64,000 bases of DNA, taken from Felis catus (taxonomy: Eukaryota). Location of the stretch: the NCBI RefSeq assembly GCF_018350175.1, contig NC_058368.1, positions 14,510,001-14,574,000 on the forward strand, in the 5' to 3' direction. The translations under genes were made by a program, and so were the position numbers. The notes beneath the pieces were generated by a model. The model saw only the letters and a program-made list of their open reading frames with translations, was not told the DNA's origin and made no database searches. Shown here in pieces: positions 53,101 through 64,000 of the stretch (position 1 is its first letter; each line of letters opens with the position of its first letter).

Positions 53101-54369
53101 CGTGTGTGTGTGTGTATCGTCAAATTATAAACCTGAAATTTAAAATTTTTCATAGAACTTTATACTCCCAAGAAAATATCCACAGACCTCAGGGTACAGG
53201 GACCCTAGTTTGAGAAACACCAAGAATTCTGGAAGAGTTGCAGTTACACGACCGAGTTCAACGTGCCTTTTCAAGGAGAAAAAGTAATGGTCAATAATAC
53301 TGATAGCTTAAGATGAAATATACATAAAAAGTATAAAAAAATAATAATAATATAATAAACTCTTTGCTAAGATGATACTGTAGAATAAACTAAACAACAC
53401 AGCCAGCTAAACCAATGTCAGACAATAGGAGTCAGCTAGAACTGTTTAAAAATTAAGACAGAAAGAAATGGGCAACGTAACACATTAATAAGTGTGATGT
53501 TAATGAAAAATGGAAATACTGGGGTGTTACAAGGCATTGCTAAATATTTGTTGAATCTGATTCAGTGGTTCAAGTCCAAATTGTATTGTTACTAAGTATT
53601 TCGCATCCTGCTTTCTGATCGCCCCACCTTCAGCAGAATTTCACTTCGGTGAATCGTTTAGGCCTTCACATATGCCCAAGGCGACCAGCACTGGCTTTCT
53701 TTTCCCATCCACCAAACAGAACCACTCAGAGCCCTACCCATTCACCTTCCACAGTGCCTCTGTGACTTTCTGTTGTTTCCTTTTCCTTCACATGTCTGCA
53801 CCCAAGACTGTAGAGACCCCTCATTTCTGTCCCAAACTGGCTTCTCCAATCGGTTTGCCCCCATACGACAATGTTGGGCATAATGCCCTCTCAACTTTGC
53901 TGACCCTTCTCACACAGTCTTTGTGCAGGTTACTCACCAGATAGTCTGATATTCTCTTCCTAAGGAGATCTTTTGATCCCTTTTGTACTCTGCGAACACA
54001 ATCTGTTCTTCCCCACACTTGGCATTGTCGAGTGCCTCCACTGGAAAGCCTGGGAAAGGCCAGGGTTGTTTGATGAGTTGTCAAGAGTTTCGGGGCATGC
54101 CTTATGCCTCCTCTTTATACTCCCAGCTCCTAGTCTCCTTAGAGAATGCCTTTCACCTAAAAGTCATCCACTTAATGTTTGTGAAAGCACTTAGCAGTGA
54201 AAATGCTTATGGCACGTAATCCAGTTGGACTTTTAGCTAGGTTTGACTTTATTAAGTCAAGTGGAAACTTAAGATGATCATCTCTTTTTTTTTCTTTACT
54301 ACTTACCTCTCACCTCAGAATCAAAGCGTGTCAACCTGTTTTGTTGGAGATTTTAGGGGAAATTTTTAA

Positions 54370-54610
54370 ATGGGTAAAGGCATGGGTTTCAAAATTAGAC
54401 AGCTCCAACACTTACTAGCTGTATGAACTTGTGCAGATTGAATAACCTTGCAGAGCCTTAGGTTTCTAGCCATAAAATAAGTATAATAAGCGTACCTACC
54501 TCCTATGAATATTGCCATCACCAAATGAGATAATGCATATAAATACCTTGGCAGCCTTGGTGTGTTTCCTAACAATAGGAATAAAAGAAAAGCTGTCACC
54601 ACTGTCATAA
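54370..54610 (+). mobile_element. MIR relic
   Basis: acttactagctgtatgaacttgtgcagatt...gagccttaggtttct...tacctacctcctatg...aaatgagataatgcat. Confidence 0.65.
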
Positions 54611-54857
54611 TGTTGTAAGCACATCGCATTTGTTAACTTATTTAGGCATCTGAACAACCCATGTAGTAGTTTTACAGAAGTAGTAGGTTACAGATGAGGA
54701 GGCAGTAGAGAGGTTAAGCAACCAGCTCATGGTTACACAGCTAGCAAATGCCCATAATAGATGTTCACGGTTATTATTGTAAATGTTTGACGTAGCGGCG
54801 TAGCTCTTCGTTTCCGCCATTGGTCTGTAGTAACCCACTGCTCCTGTTTCCTTGCAG

Positions 54858-54959
54858 GCGACTATCCTGCCCCAAGAGCTGTCCTCACAGGCCATGACCA
54901 TGAAGTTGTCTGTGTTTCTGTCTGTGCAGAGCTTGGACTTGTTATCAGTGGTGCTAAAG
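54858..54959 (+). CDS. NBEA: Neurobeachin coding exon (WD40): (S)DYPAPRAVLTGHDHEVVCVSVCAELGLVISGAK
   Basis: ttgcag|GC ... AAAG|gtcaga; 102 nt, phase 1/1; LTGHD WD40 start. Absent from the ORF track. Confidence 0.95.
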
Positions 54960-56876
54960 GTCAGAAGGCGTTTCTTTTGTTTTAAGTCTTTAAAAACTAC
55001 TATTTTCTCAAGTTAACCATGATTTGTGATTTATTTCCTTTAGGAAATAGACATTGCCCCGTATAGACAATGTAATCCCTAGGTTCATTGCAACTATTTT
55101 GTTTTATTATAAATACTTACTAGTACTAATATCAAATATATATGAAATTTTATGTAGTATTGTGTGGTCACCAGCACTCTAGCCAGAACCCTGGTAAATT
55201 CAACTGCAACACATCCCTATGATGCAGCCATTAAAAATAACCTATAAAAGATGGGGGAAGATATTCATGATGCCGTGGGGGCCCTGAGGGAAGTCAGGTT
55301 GCTTACCAGACATGGCCTTGGACCCCCCTCCCTCCAGAAGCCCCTTCCTTCATCAGGCCCGGGACTGTGTTGAGGTTGATGGGAAAGGAAACATGATTAC
55401 TTGGAGTTTTTGACTTTTGGTGAAAGAAGCGTTGTTTCAAGAAAAGTTAGGAAACCTGGATTCTAATTCTGGATCAGACACCAATTCACTGTGAGAGGCT
55501 CTGAGGCAGGAAGGAGCCTAACGCTCAGGAAAAACTTCAAGACAACCAGAGGGGCTGAGTGGATGCTGTCTCAGCGGAGTTAGAGAGAAGGCTGGCAGGC
55601 CGGGGACCAGTGGCACGAGAACTTGCGATGTTCCTTTTATTTTGAGTGTAGTGGGAACTCACTGGAGATTTTTAAGCAAGGTTGATCGTATTTGGTTTTC
55701 AGGAGCTTATCCTGGCTGCTTTGTGGAGAATAGATGTAATGTCTGAAGGTAGCGACAGTATTTTTCACTTTTGTATGTAAGAGTAAATAACCCTATGGAC
55801 ACGTAGGATATTTTCAATAAATGTCTTTTTAACTAAAAAATAAGTAACGATAAGTGTAAGATTATCCTATCCTGTAAAGTGAAAGGAAAGAAAAGGAAAA
55901 GGAAAATACAGACACATGGTAGGTATAGAAGAAAACATTAATTTTGTACAGGGGATGGGTGATATTAGAGATGATTGCTGTTTTCTTTTTCTTTCTAATT
56001 TTCTGTCTTTTCTATCATGCACATCTATTTAGTCAAAATTTAGGTATAGCTTTACAATGCCACTTGTTCAATAAAATTCCCACCTACTGGAGTCAGTTGA
56101 AAAATATAATTCGTTAGCTGTCTTTATGAGTTTTTTTTTTTTTTGATTGGGAGACAGGTAATACCAAGCTATATTAACCAGTTATTTTTATGAACTTGAC
56201 TAGTGAAAGTTTTATCTTATCAACACAATTTCTACCAGGAGGAAGGAAAAAAAATTGGAGCAAAATAAGTCAGCCCCCATACTATTTTTATTCTCTCACT
56301 TCACTATTCACATTTAAAGACAAAACGTGTTTTTACACCCTGAATCACTTGTTTTACAGTCTGAATCACTTGATTAATTATCTTAACTTTGCCTTTTACA
56401 TTTTATGTATGAATTGTAGAAAAGGTGAAACTCATTATGATAGGAACATATTTATGTGGTATAATGTTAAAGTTTTGATGAAACTAAAGAAAATTAGCAG
56501 TTGTGTGGATAATTCTAAACTTTGAAGAAACATTTCTAAAATCGCATGAAGAGAAAACTTTGGGACATACAGTATTTTAATCTCACATTATCTATGGACT
56601 GTATCCTTTTTTAAGAATATTATCTCACGTAGAAAAAGACCAAGTATTTCCCTAGATGAAAAGTTGAGAAGGTCAGCTCAGAAGACACAGCTCCCTGGGT
56701 TTGTTCTGTTTAAATATAACATCAGTGCCTGGCTCCCGCCAGCGTACCTCTTTTCTTTTCTGCCTCCTTCCACAAATCTGAGTGTATGTACCCAGGTAGG
56801 GTCAGTGTGTTTGTAAGAACCCATAGGTGACTAGTCATTATGAATGACTCTGGCCGTTGATATCCTCCTTCTGCAG

Positions 56877-57073
56877 AGGGTCCTTGCCTTGTCCACACCA
56901 TCACTGGAGATTTGTTGCGAGCCCTTGAAGGACCAGAGAACTGCTTGTTCCCGCGCTTGATTTCCGTCTCGAGTGAAGGCCACTGTATCATATACTATGA
57001 ACGAGGACGATTCAGCAATTTCAGCATTAATGGGAAACTTTTGGCTCAGATGGAGATCAATGATTCAACACGG
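56877..57073 (+). CDS. NBEA: Neurobeachin coding exon (WD40): (E)GPCLVHTITGDLLRALEGPENCLFPRLISVSSEGHCIIYYERGRFSNFSINGKLLAQMEINDSTR
   Basis: ctgcag|AG ... CGG|gtaggt; 197 nt, phase 1/0. Confidence 0.96.
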
Positions 57074-57853
57074 GTAGGTCTGCATGTTCGGTGCTAAACA
57101 GGGACTGAAGCCCAGGGATTGAAGATCGACTATCTCACATTAAGTGATCCATAATACAGTTTCTCTGGTATCCAGATAAAGAAATGTGTGGTGGTTTTAA
57201 AAGCAGGTAAATTCATGTAGATTGATGCTTTGAACAAACCCAAAGTTCATTTAGTCCCAAGTAGGTAACTCTGTGAATTTGATTTTAGAGATGACAGCTT
57301 TCGTTTGATGAGGGTCAGACCCTTAAGGAGATTTTTCTTCAGCTCTTTTATAAGCAGCGCTACACCCCCTGACATTAAAAGTGAGTTTATTGTCAAAGAA
57401 TCTTATCTTCAGAACCCTAGACCAAAAGTACATGTACCAGATTACCCTTCGCTCATAAGTGAATTGTAACTGTTGGTTTATCATTATTAAAAGCTGTTTT
57501 GAAATGATGCCTCTGCCATTTGTTCTGAAAGTCTTGACATTGTTGATATTCAGACTTAACAGAACATCATGTTACTTAATTCTCAAGTTCTTCCCGGATT
57601 AGATTGATAATATTCTCTTTGGGACGTCTGTTATTTTGTAACCTTAATTGGTTTTAATAAGATCCTTTGTTTATGTAAGAACTCTGATGAATTCCACATT
57701 GGAAATTTCGTAGACTGCACTTGAGAAAACTTGGACAAATGGCTAAAAGTAGAAAATAATTATGAGGGAACTGAATAGAGTGCTTTTCAGTAATGACCAT
57801 TGACCATCTGGGAAAATCTGAGAGAAATGGCTGCTTTTCTGCCTTTTCTGAAG

Positions 57854-58005
57854 GCCATTCTCCTGAGTAGCGATGGCCAGAACCTGGTGACCGGAGGGGA
57901 CAATGGTGTGGTGGAGGTCTGGCAGGCCTGTGACTTCAAGCAGCTGTACATTTACCCTGGATGTGATGCTGGCATTAGAGCAATGGACTTATCCCATGAC
58001 CAGAG
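57854..58005 (+). CDS. NBEA: Neurobeachin coding exon (WD40): AILLSSDGQNLVTGGDNGVVEVWQACDFKQLYIYPGCDAGIRAMDLSHDQ(R)
   Basis: ctgaag|GCC (AAG acceptor) ... CAGAG|gtgagc; 152 nt, phase 0/2. Confidence 0.96.
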
Positions 58006-58467
58006 GTGAGCCACATGAAGGAGAAATGTAATCACTTGAGAACTGTCCTTGAAAGTCCTGTACCTTCTACCAAGGGTGAAATGTGCTGTGAATAAGTCTC
58101 CAGCATCCAGATGGAAGAAAGGCTAGCACAGAAAAGGGTAAATTGAGGAGGGTAGTAAATGCTCTAGGAAAGGATTCTGGTAAGATGAGAACAGAGGAAG
58201 AGAATAAGGCAGGGGGAAGAAAGGAAGGAATGGGTCAGAGGGAGAACAGGCACATCAGACACTGCCCAAAACAGAACTGTTCCCACTAACGTCCCTGCTC
58301 GAAGATCCTCACTTAGCCTCAGGGTCCACAGGCTTCCCTTCTGGAAAGCGGAGACACGTGTGTTTCAGCAGAGGTGCGTTTCAGCTCGAGTCATACTTGT
58401 AGCTAGCAGTTCCCAGCAGAAGGCTCGGTGTAGACCAGAGCTGGCCTGTTTTAAAAAGATACAAAAC

Positions 58468-58848
58468 AGGGCACCTGTCAGTTAGGCATCCGTCTCTTCA
58501 TTTCGGCTCATGAATTCACACTGAGCACAGAGTCTGCTCGGGAATCTCTCTCCCCCTCTCTCTGCCCTCCCCTATTCATGAACTTGGGTGCTCTCTCTCT
58601 CAAAATAAATAAACATTTAAAAAAGAATGACAGGGGCACCTGGGTGGCTCAATCAGTTAAATATCTGACTCCGGCTCAGGTCATGATCTCACAGCTCGTG
58701 AGTTGGAGCCCTGCGTCGGGCTCTGTGCTGACAGCTCAGAGCCTGGAACCTGCTTTGGGTTCTGTGTCTCCCTCTCTCTCTGCCCCTCCCCCACTCGCAC
58801 TCTGTCTCTGTCTCTCTCAAGAATAAATAAACATTAAAAAAAAAAAAA
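58468..58848 (+). mobile_element. Two tandem SINEC copies (internally deleted ~58468-58625; ~58633-58848)
   Basis: SINEC motifs; the second copy sits in the A-tail of the first. Confidence 0.9.
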
Positions 58849-60045
58849 GAATTGGTATGGGAATTAATTAATTTAATTTTCCATGGCTCCTCAGTTGGCA
58901 ACAGGATTTTACTGTTTCCTAAAATTCACCTCGGGGTTTATTATAAAGTGAAAAGAATATTTGGAATATCGTACATTTAAAAATTTTTAAACTCGATAAT
59001 CTTAATGTGGTATGTAATTTCTCTCTTATTTTTGCTGTATATTTAACAGAAATAAGAAAAGCTTACTAGCCAAAATTTTCAACCATCTGTGTATTCTTTA
59101 TAAAAATATTGTTTTCAAAATGTTATAAATATTAAAGCATATATAACACGTTTAACAAAGCATCACACAATCTAGTAAAATGGTACTGACATCATCAGGA
59201 AAAGCAACGCAATTTGATTCAGTTTGGGGAAGGGATATTTGATCTGCAGAAAGCAAAATTAAGCAGGCGATTATTACAGTATTCCAAAATGCTGTCGTCC
59301 ATACTCATGAGTAAATGGGAATGCTTTATTGTGTGATTATGTGTATATACATGAGTGTTTCTAAAGTTTTTGAAATAAGGTACTTGAAATTGTGTTAAGT
59401 AGTTTAAGTGTTCTCCCTGGCGTCCTTAGTTGTTCATGTATTCGTGTAGCAAACATCTGCTACTACCGTCATCGACTGAGCACTACCAGATAATCATAAT
59501 TGTATATGAGGGAAGCGGGGACAACCCAACAGAAGAGGGAAGGGATCAACTTTTCCTGAGGGTGGGGGGGCAGGAAAGGCTTTATTCAGTGGGCACCGGG
59601 AGAGGGGGTGGATGGGAGCACCTGCAAGGTCACAGTAGTGCCAGGGGGCTCCAAAGAGGAGTGAAGAAAGATACTAACAAAGTTTCTATTTTAATTTCAT
59701 CCCTAATTTCAATTCTGTTTGCCTTTTATAATGTCCCTGGAAAGTTAGAACAGCAACACGTGCATGTAAGCCACGTACACACATTGAAGATGCACACCCA
59801 GAGCGTTTATCTGATGAACTGTCCGATCAAAAGCTAAGCAGTTCAGGTCTGGCAGTTCAGGTGTGAGCAGGAGAGATTCAGCTTCTCTCCTTCTCTCAGG
59901 TGAACCAAGAATAAGTTGTAACCCTCTCTCAATGAGCACAAAACCAAGACTTGGTGAACTTAGAGACCATGATACCATCTACCGTAAAGCAGCAACCACA
60001 TCAGTGATTTCGTATCGGTCTTAACCACCATCTCTGCTTTTCCAG

Positions 60046-60136
60046 GACTCTGATCACTGGCATGGCTTCTGGTAGCATCGTAGCTTTTAATATAGATTTT
60101 AACCGGTGGCATTATGAGCATCAGAACAGATACTGA
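60046..60136 (+). CDS. NBEA: Neurobeachin last coding exon: [29 protein letters not shown]
   Basis: ttccag|G acceptor, phase 2; TGA at 60134-60136. The C-terminus matches NBEA as I recall it, not the paralog LRBA. Confidence 0.96.
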
Positions 60137-61890
60137 AGACAAATGAAGAACCAAAAGCCAAGTTAAAGCTGAGAGCACAAGTGCTGCATGGAAAGGCAAT
60201 ATCTCTGGTGGGAAAAAAACTCGTCTACATCGACCTCCGTTTGTACATTCCATCACACCCAGCAATAGCTGTACATTGTAGTCAGCAGCCATTTTACTTT
60301 GTGTGTTTTTTCACGACTGAACACCAGCTGCTACCAAGCAAGCTTATATCATGTAAATTATATGAATTAGGAGATGTTTTGGTAATTATTTCATATCTTG
60401 TTGTTTATTGAGAAAAGGTAGTAGGACGCTTCACAAGAGACTTTTGACAATTCTGAGGAACCTTGTGTCCAGTTGTTACAAAGTTTAAGCTTTGAACCTA
60501 ACCTGCATCCCATTTCCAGCCTCTTTTCAAGCTGAGAAAAAAAAAAAAACACGTTTGATACTTTGTACATCAGATGCATCTTATTTAAAGGGATACTTTT
60601 GTAAAAGTAAAACCTTGTATAAAGAACAAAATGTTTCTTAATTTTATTGTGGAGTTACAACTTGCATGTTCTTTAATCCTGATGTCTCGATGGAACAGGT
60701 GCATTCAGACTATGAAACAGAAAGATCCGTCCAAGGACACAGCTTGTACGAAAGGGTTGAATTTGGGCTCAAACAGTAATTTTTGACATTTTCACCAAAA
60801 TATGGTTTGCACTTTTTAATCTAAATTCATCCCTTCTAAGTGAAATTTGCTCATAAAGCATTTGGATACTAAGCCATTATTTGCCATTTTTGCTACTTTA
60901 GACACAGAAAATTCAGCCCTACCCTTCATAATTTGAAGACACAGCAGAAAGGGGGCTTAGGGATGAGGTCTTGGTTTTTCTTGTATAAATAGAAGTCACG
61001 CCCATTAGTTCCATAGTAATGACTTCCCAACTCCTGGACATCTCTTCCAGACTCATCCTGCTGGCTTAGCGTGTGTACATTAGGGGAGGAGAATCTGATG
61101 CTAACTATTTTTGGATTTTTTTTTCTCTTTGGTTCTCGAATAGCTTAGTTTCTTTAATAACAAGCCAGACTTTATTATAACAATAACTGAGGCTATTCTT
61201 TTAGGTTCTTGTGAAATTCTCACCTAAAGCCACATTCTTAGCCTAAGGCACTTCATCTTTTATGATATAAGATGATGGGTGTCAAATGATTTTCCATACA
61301 TTGTACTGATCAAGTTATACACCCAGGGGTATATACACTTTATTCATGTTTCTTCTTTGTATATTTGGTGACTGTATCGTCATAGATGTACATATTGTGT
61401 CGGTAGGGCTATGAGGCATGTTACAGGAATGTGATTTTCTCAGAATTTACACTCACTTGCAGTCATTTATTTAAAAAGATAACACAAGATAATGGGTTCT
61501 TTGTATTGGCACTTTGCACCAGAAACATATCATTATTTATTGATGTGATTACTTATTTGTCATCCACCTTGTATTAGTAAGTTTTAGCACTGAATTCCTT
61601 CTTCATTGTTGTTTGTATTTATGAGATTCTGAAATTCTGGGGAATCAGCGTAATGATTAAGTTATTCATCACCAGGCTGTAAGCAATATCTTGAGTTTGT
61701 AGCTTAGAATTGGGAGGATACTGAACATCTGGAAGACAAGTTCATTTCATCTTGAGATCATGGTGAAATATTTTGGATATATAAATTCCTTAAGCTATTG
61801 TAACCATGTTTTATTGCAAAGATGTAAAATATGCCAGATGTGTGTGAGTTGGAAATCAAAAAAAAGAAAAATAAAATATGCAAAGAATTC
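60137..61890 (+). other. NBEA: NBEA 3'UTR
   Basis: AU-rich stretch with no recognisable interspersed repeats, from the stop codon to just past the AATAAA; the 3' end is approximate. Confidence 0.8.
61870..61875 (+). terminator. Polyadenylation signal AATAAA
   Basis: AATAAA with TGTA elements upstream (61798, 61823) and a GT/T-rich patch (ttgtttc) about 20 nt downstream. Confidence 0.75.
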
Positions 61891-64000
61891 ACCGATTGTT
61901 TCACATTTCATTGGACCCTTCCCCAACACGCATTCATTATGTTGTCATACAAGTTTAAGAAATCAACATCACCTCTTATAAAGGCCCGTGGCATCTAAAA
62001 ACATGAAATAGGGTCCTAATGAGGTTCCGTAATTTGCTGATACACGAGCTGCTCTGCTTGACCATCTGGCAGGGATTTGGGGCAACGGTGACCAGAGGGA
62101 AACGGCCCTGTTGTTTTCTTCCACATAATCCACTTTTTGGGTTAGTCTGTGTTTTATTTAAAGGGAACTAAACGCAGGTGGTGGTGAAGAATATAACTGC
62201 TCATCACATGAATGTTATCGAATGAGGCTGTTTTTGTTTGAACCGTGTGTTCTAGAATTTATCATGCCACGCCTGCATGCCACGGGCAGGGGACGAGCAA
62301 CCTGGAGGAGGGGTGCAGCTGCCAGGCGGGCAGGCGGCAGGGGTGATGCTCCGGGGACCCGGTCACTCCACGCCGTTGCGGCACAGGCAACAGGCCCAGG
62401 GCGTGACGGGACTGCACGTAAGCCTCCGTCTACGTGCTCGAGACCAAAAGGACAACCAACAGCCACCCGAGAGAGACTTGCTCCTGTCACTCTCCACTCT
62501 GTCCCCAAGCCAGACATCTGTCAGCCACCGTAAGCCCAGCCGGCTCGCTCAACCAGCCTCCTGGCAGCCCATCGGTCGTTCAGTCAGGCTGGCTACCCAC
62601 GCTCTTTAAACCAACTCCCCACTTCCAGAACCATCATCCGAACTATCACCAGACCCCTGTATCCGGGTCTCCAGCCAGACCCTCCCGCCACACTTGGCCT
62701 TGCTCCTAGAGGGTCTGGTGCACCACCACCCAGTCATCCCGCGGCCGAGCACCTTGCAGTGGTTCTCTTTAAACTCTGATGGGCGAAAACTTGCCTGGGG
62801 AACTTGTGCTCTTAGAGAGCTTACTCTAGGCCCCATCCCCGCCAAGTGATTCCGGCACAGGTCATCTGGGGCACATTTTCAACAACACCGATGTGAGGGC
62901 TGAAATCCAAACCCAGCAGAGCATGAAAGTCCTTCAGGAGGGAAACATTCTCATTATCCCTCCCTCAGGGGAACCCACCTATTTACAAGCCCCTGAGAAC
63001 TTCCCTGTGCCTTGGTCCCTAGTGTCCTCCCTGCCCAGAGAGCACCCCTCTGCCTGCACTATGTGCTTGAACTCCTTGTTGCAGATTGACCTAAACCAAT
63101 CTGGTCACGAGCCATCTTTCTGGCCTGTGAAGGTAGTATCCAAACCCCACGTGCACAATATATTATCAGGAAAACAACTTTCAGGACCAATATCTTCCAC
63201 GTGTAGAGATACCTTTTCAGCGAGCACATTTTAGCAGGCAGGCAAGTAAAAGACCCATCAGAATTATTCTGTGAGCTTGGTGAATTCCAGTGCCTTTCTA
63301 GATGATCTGACAACCATTTGACATAGAAAGTATACTGAAAACAGACACCGGCATTCTGTATAGGAGCAGGATCCTATCAGCCTTGTGATGGCTTCAGAAT
63401 GTGCCAATCCAATCATTTAGGTATCAGCCTCAGGCACCCGCATAAGAGTATAAAGACCTCAGTGCATTCTTACACCCTGGTTATGGAGAGGCAGGAAAGG
63501 TCTCTAAAATACTGCAGCCAGTGCATAACTGGACTCACATGTATTCAATACCACTACTTTCATCAATGAGAGACCCTTTGTAATATCCCTTATGCTAATT
63601 CAGAAGGCAATACTATCCCCCACTGAAAAGTCATTCTTAACATTCACTATCCTAACTTAAAAAAAAAAAAAAAAAAAAAAAAAGCTTCTGGTTCCTTTTG
63701 GAATAAGGAAGCTGGAGCTCTGGGCCCTGACTTACATTGAGTCTGGAATGTAAATCTCTGATCTGGACTCTAAAGCTCTGATCAGAGTAACTGACCGCCC
63801 CTCAGAATGCAGTACGAATAAGCACATACTATCCCGATGTCTCTAATGCATATTTTGAAGTAACTTACGGCATCATAACACTTGTACTTATTGTTACAGG
63901 TTCAGCCCAAGTGCTCCCTCCTCTCTGAGGCCCTCCCCACCTGCTGAGTTAGCTTGCCCACACCTGGTATGTCCCTGTCCCAGTGCTGAGTAGTAATATT

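Noticed and set aside
60134..60166. Possible stop-codon readthrough extension of NBEA
   Set aside because: TGA is followed by AGAC, not the CTAG readthrough context, and an in-frame TAA follows after nine codons.

Overview
This is mammalian genomic DNA from a felid, judged by the dense SINEC_Fc-type carnivore SINEs. The window holds the 3' end of NBEA (neurobeachin) on the + strand. Ten GT-AG exons (16997-60136) splice in phase into 463 codons plus a stop, covering the end of the BEACH domain and the C-terminal WD40 repeats and ending ...[13 protein letters not shown] ~1.75 kb 3'UTR follows, with AATAAA at 61870. The rest is intron or 3' flank containing about 31 SINEC copies, old L1/L2/MIR relics, DNA-transposon relics and microsatellites. 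Most ORF-track entries are artefacts of repeats. I found no new protein-coding system. The most unusual items are: an 82-nt tailless fragment resembling the extreme 5' end of a carnivore L1, sitting between 18-bp direct repeats (44392-44509); a dense TGACAG (MEIS/TALE) cluster that may be an enhancer (20590-20842); a tandem in-frame 3' splice site adding or removing CFLPQ (38437/38452); SINEs re-inserted at the same target site (triple TSDs); and a strong sense-strand bias among SINEs. Repeat family names come from pattern recognition, not database searches, and repeat boundaries are approximate.
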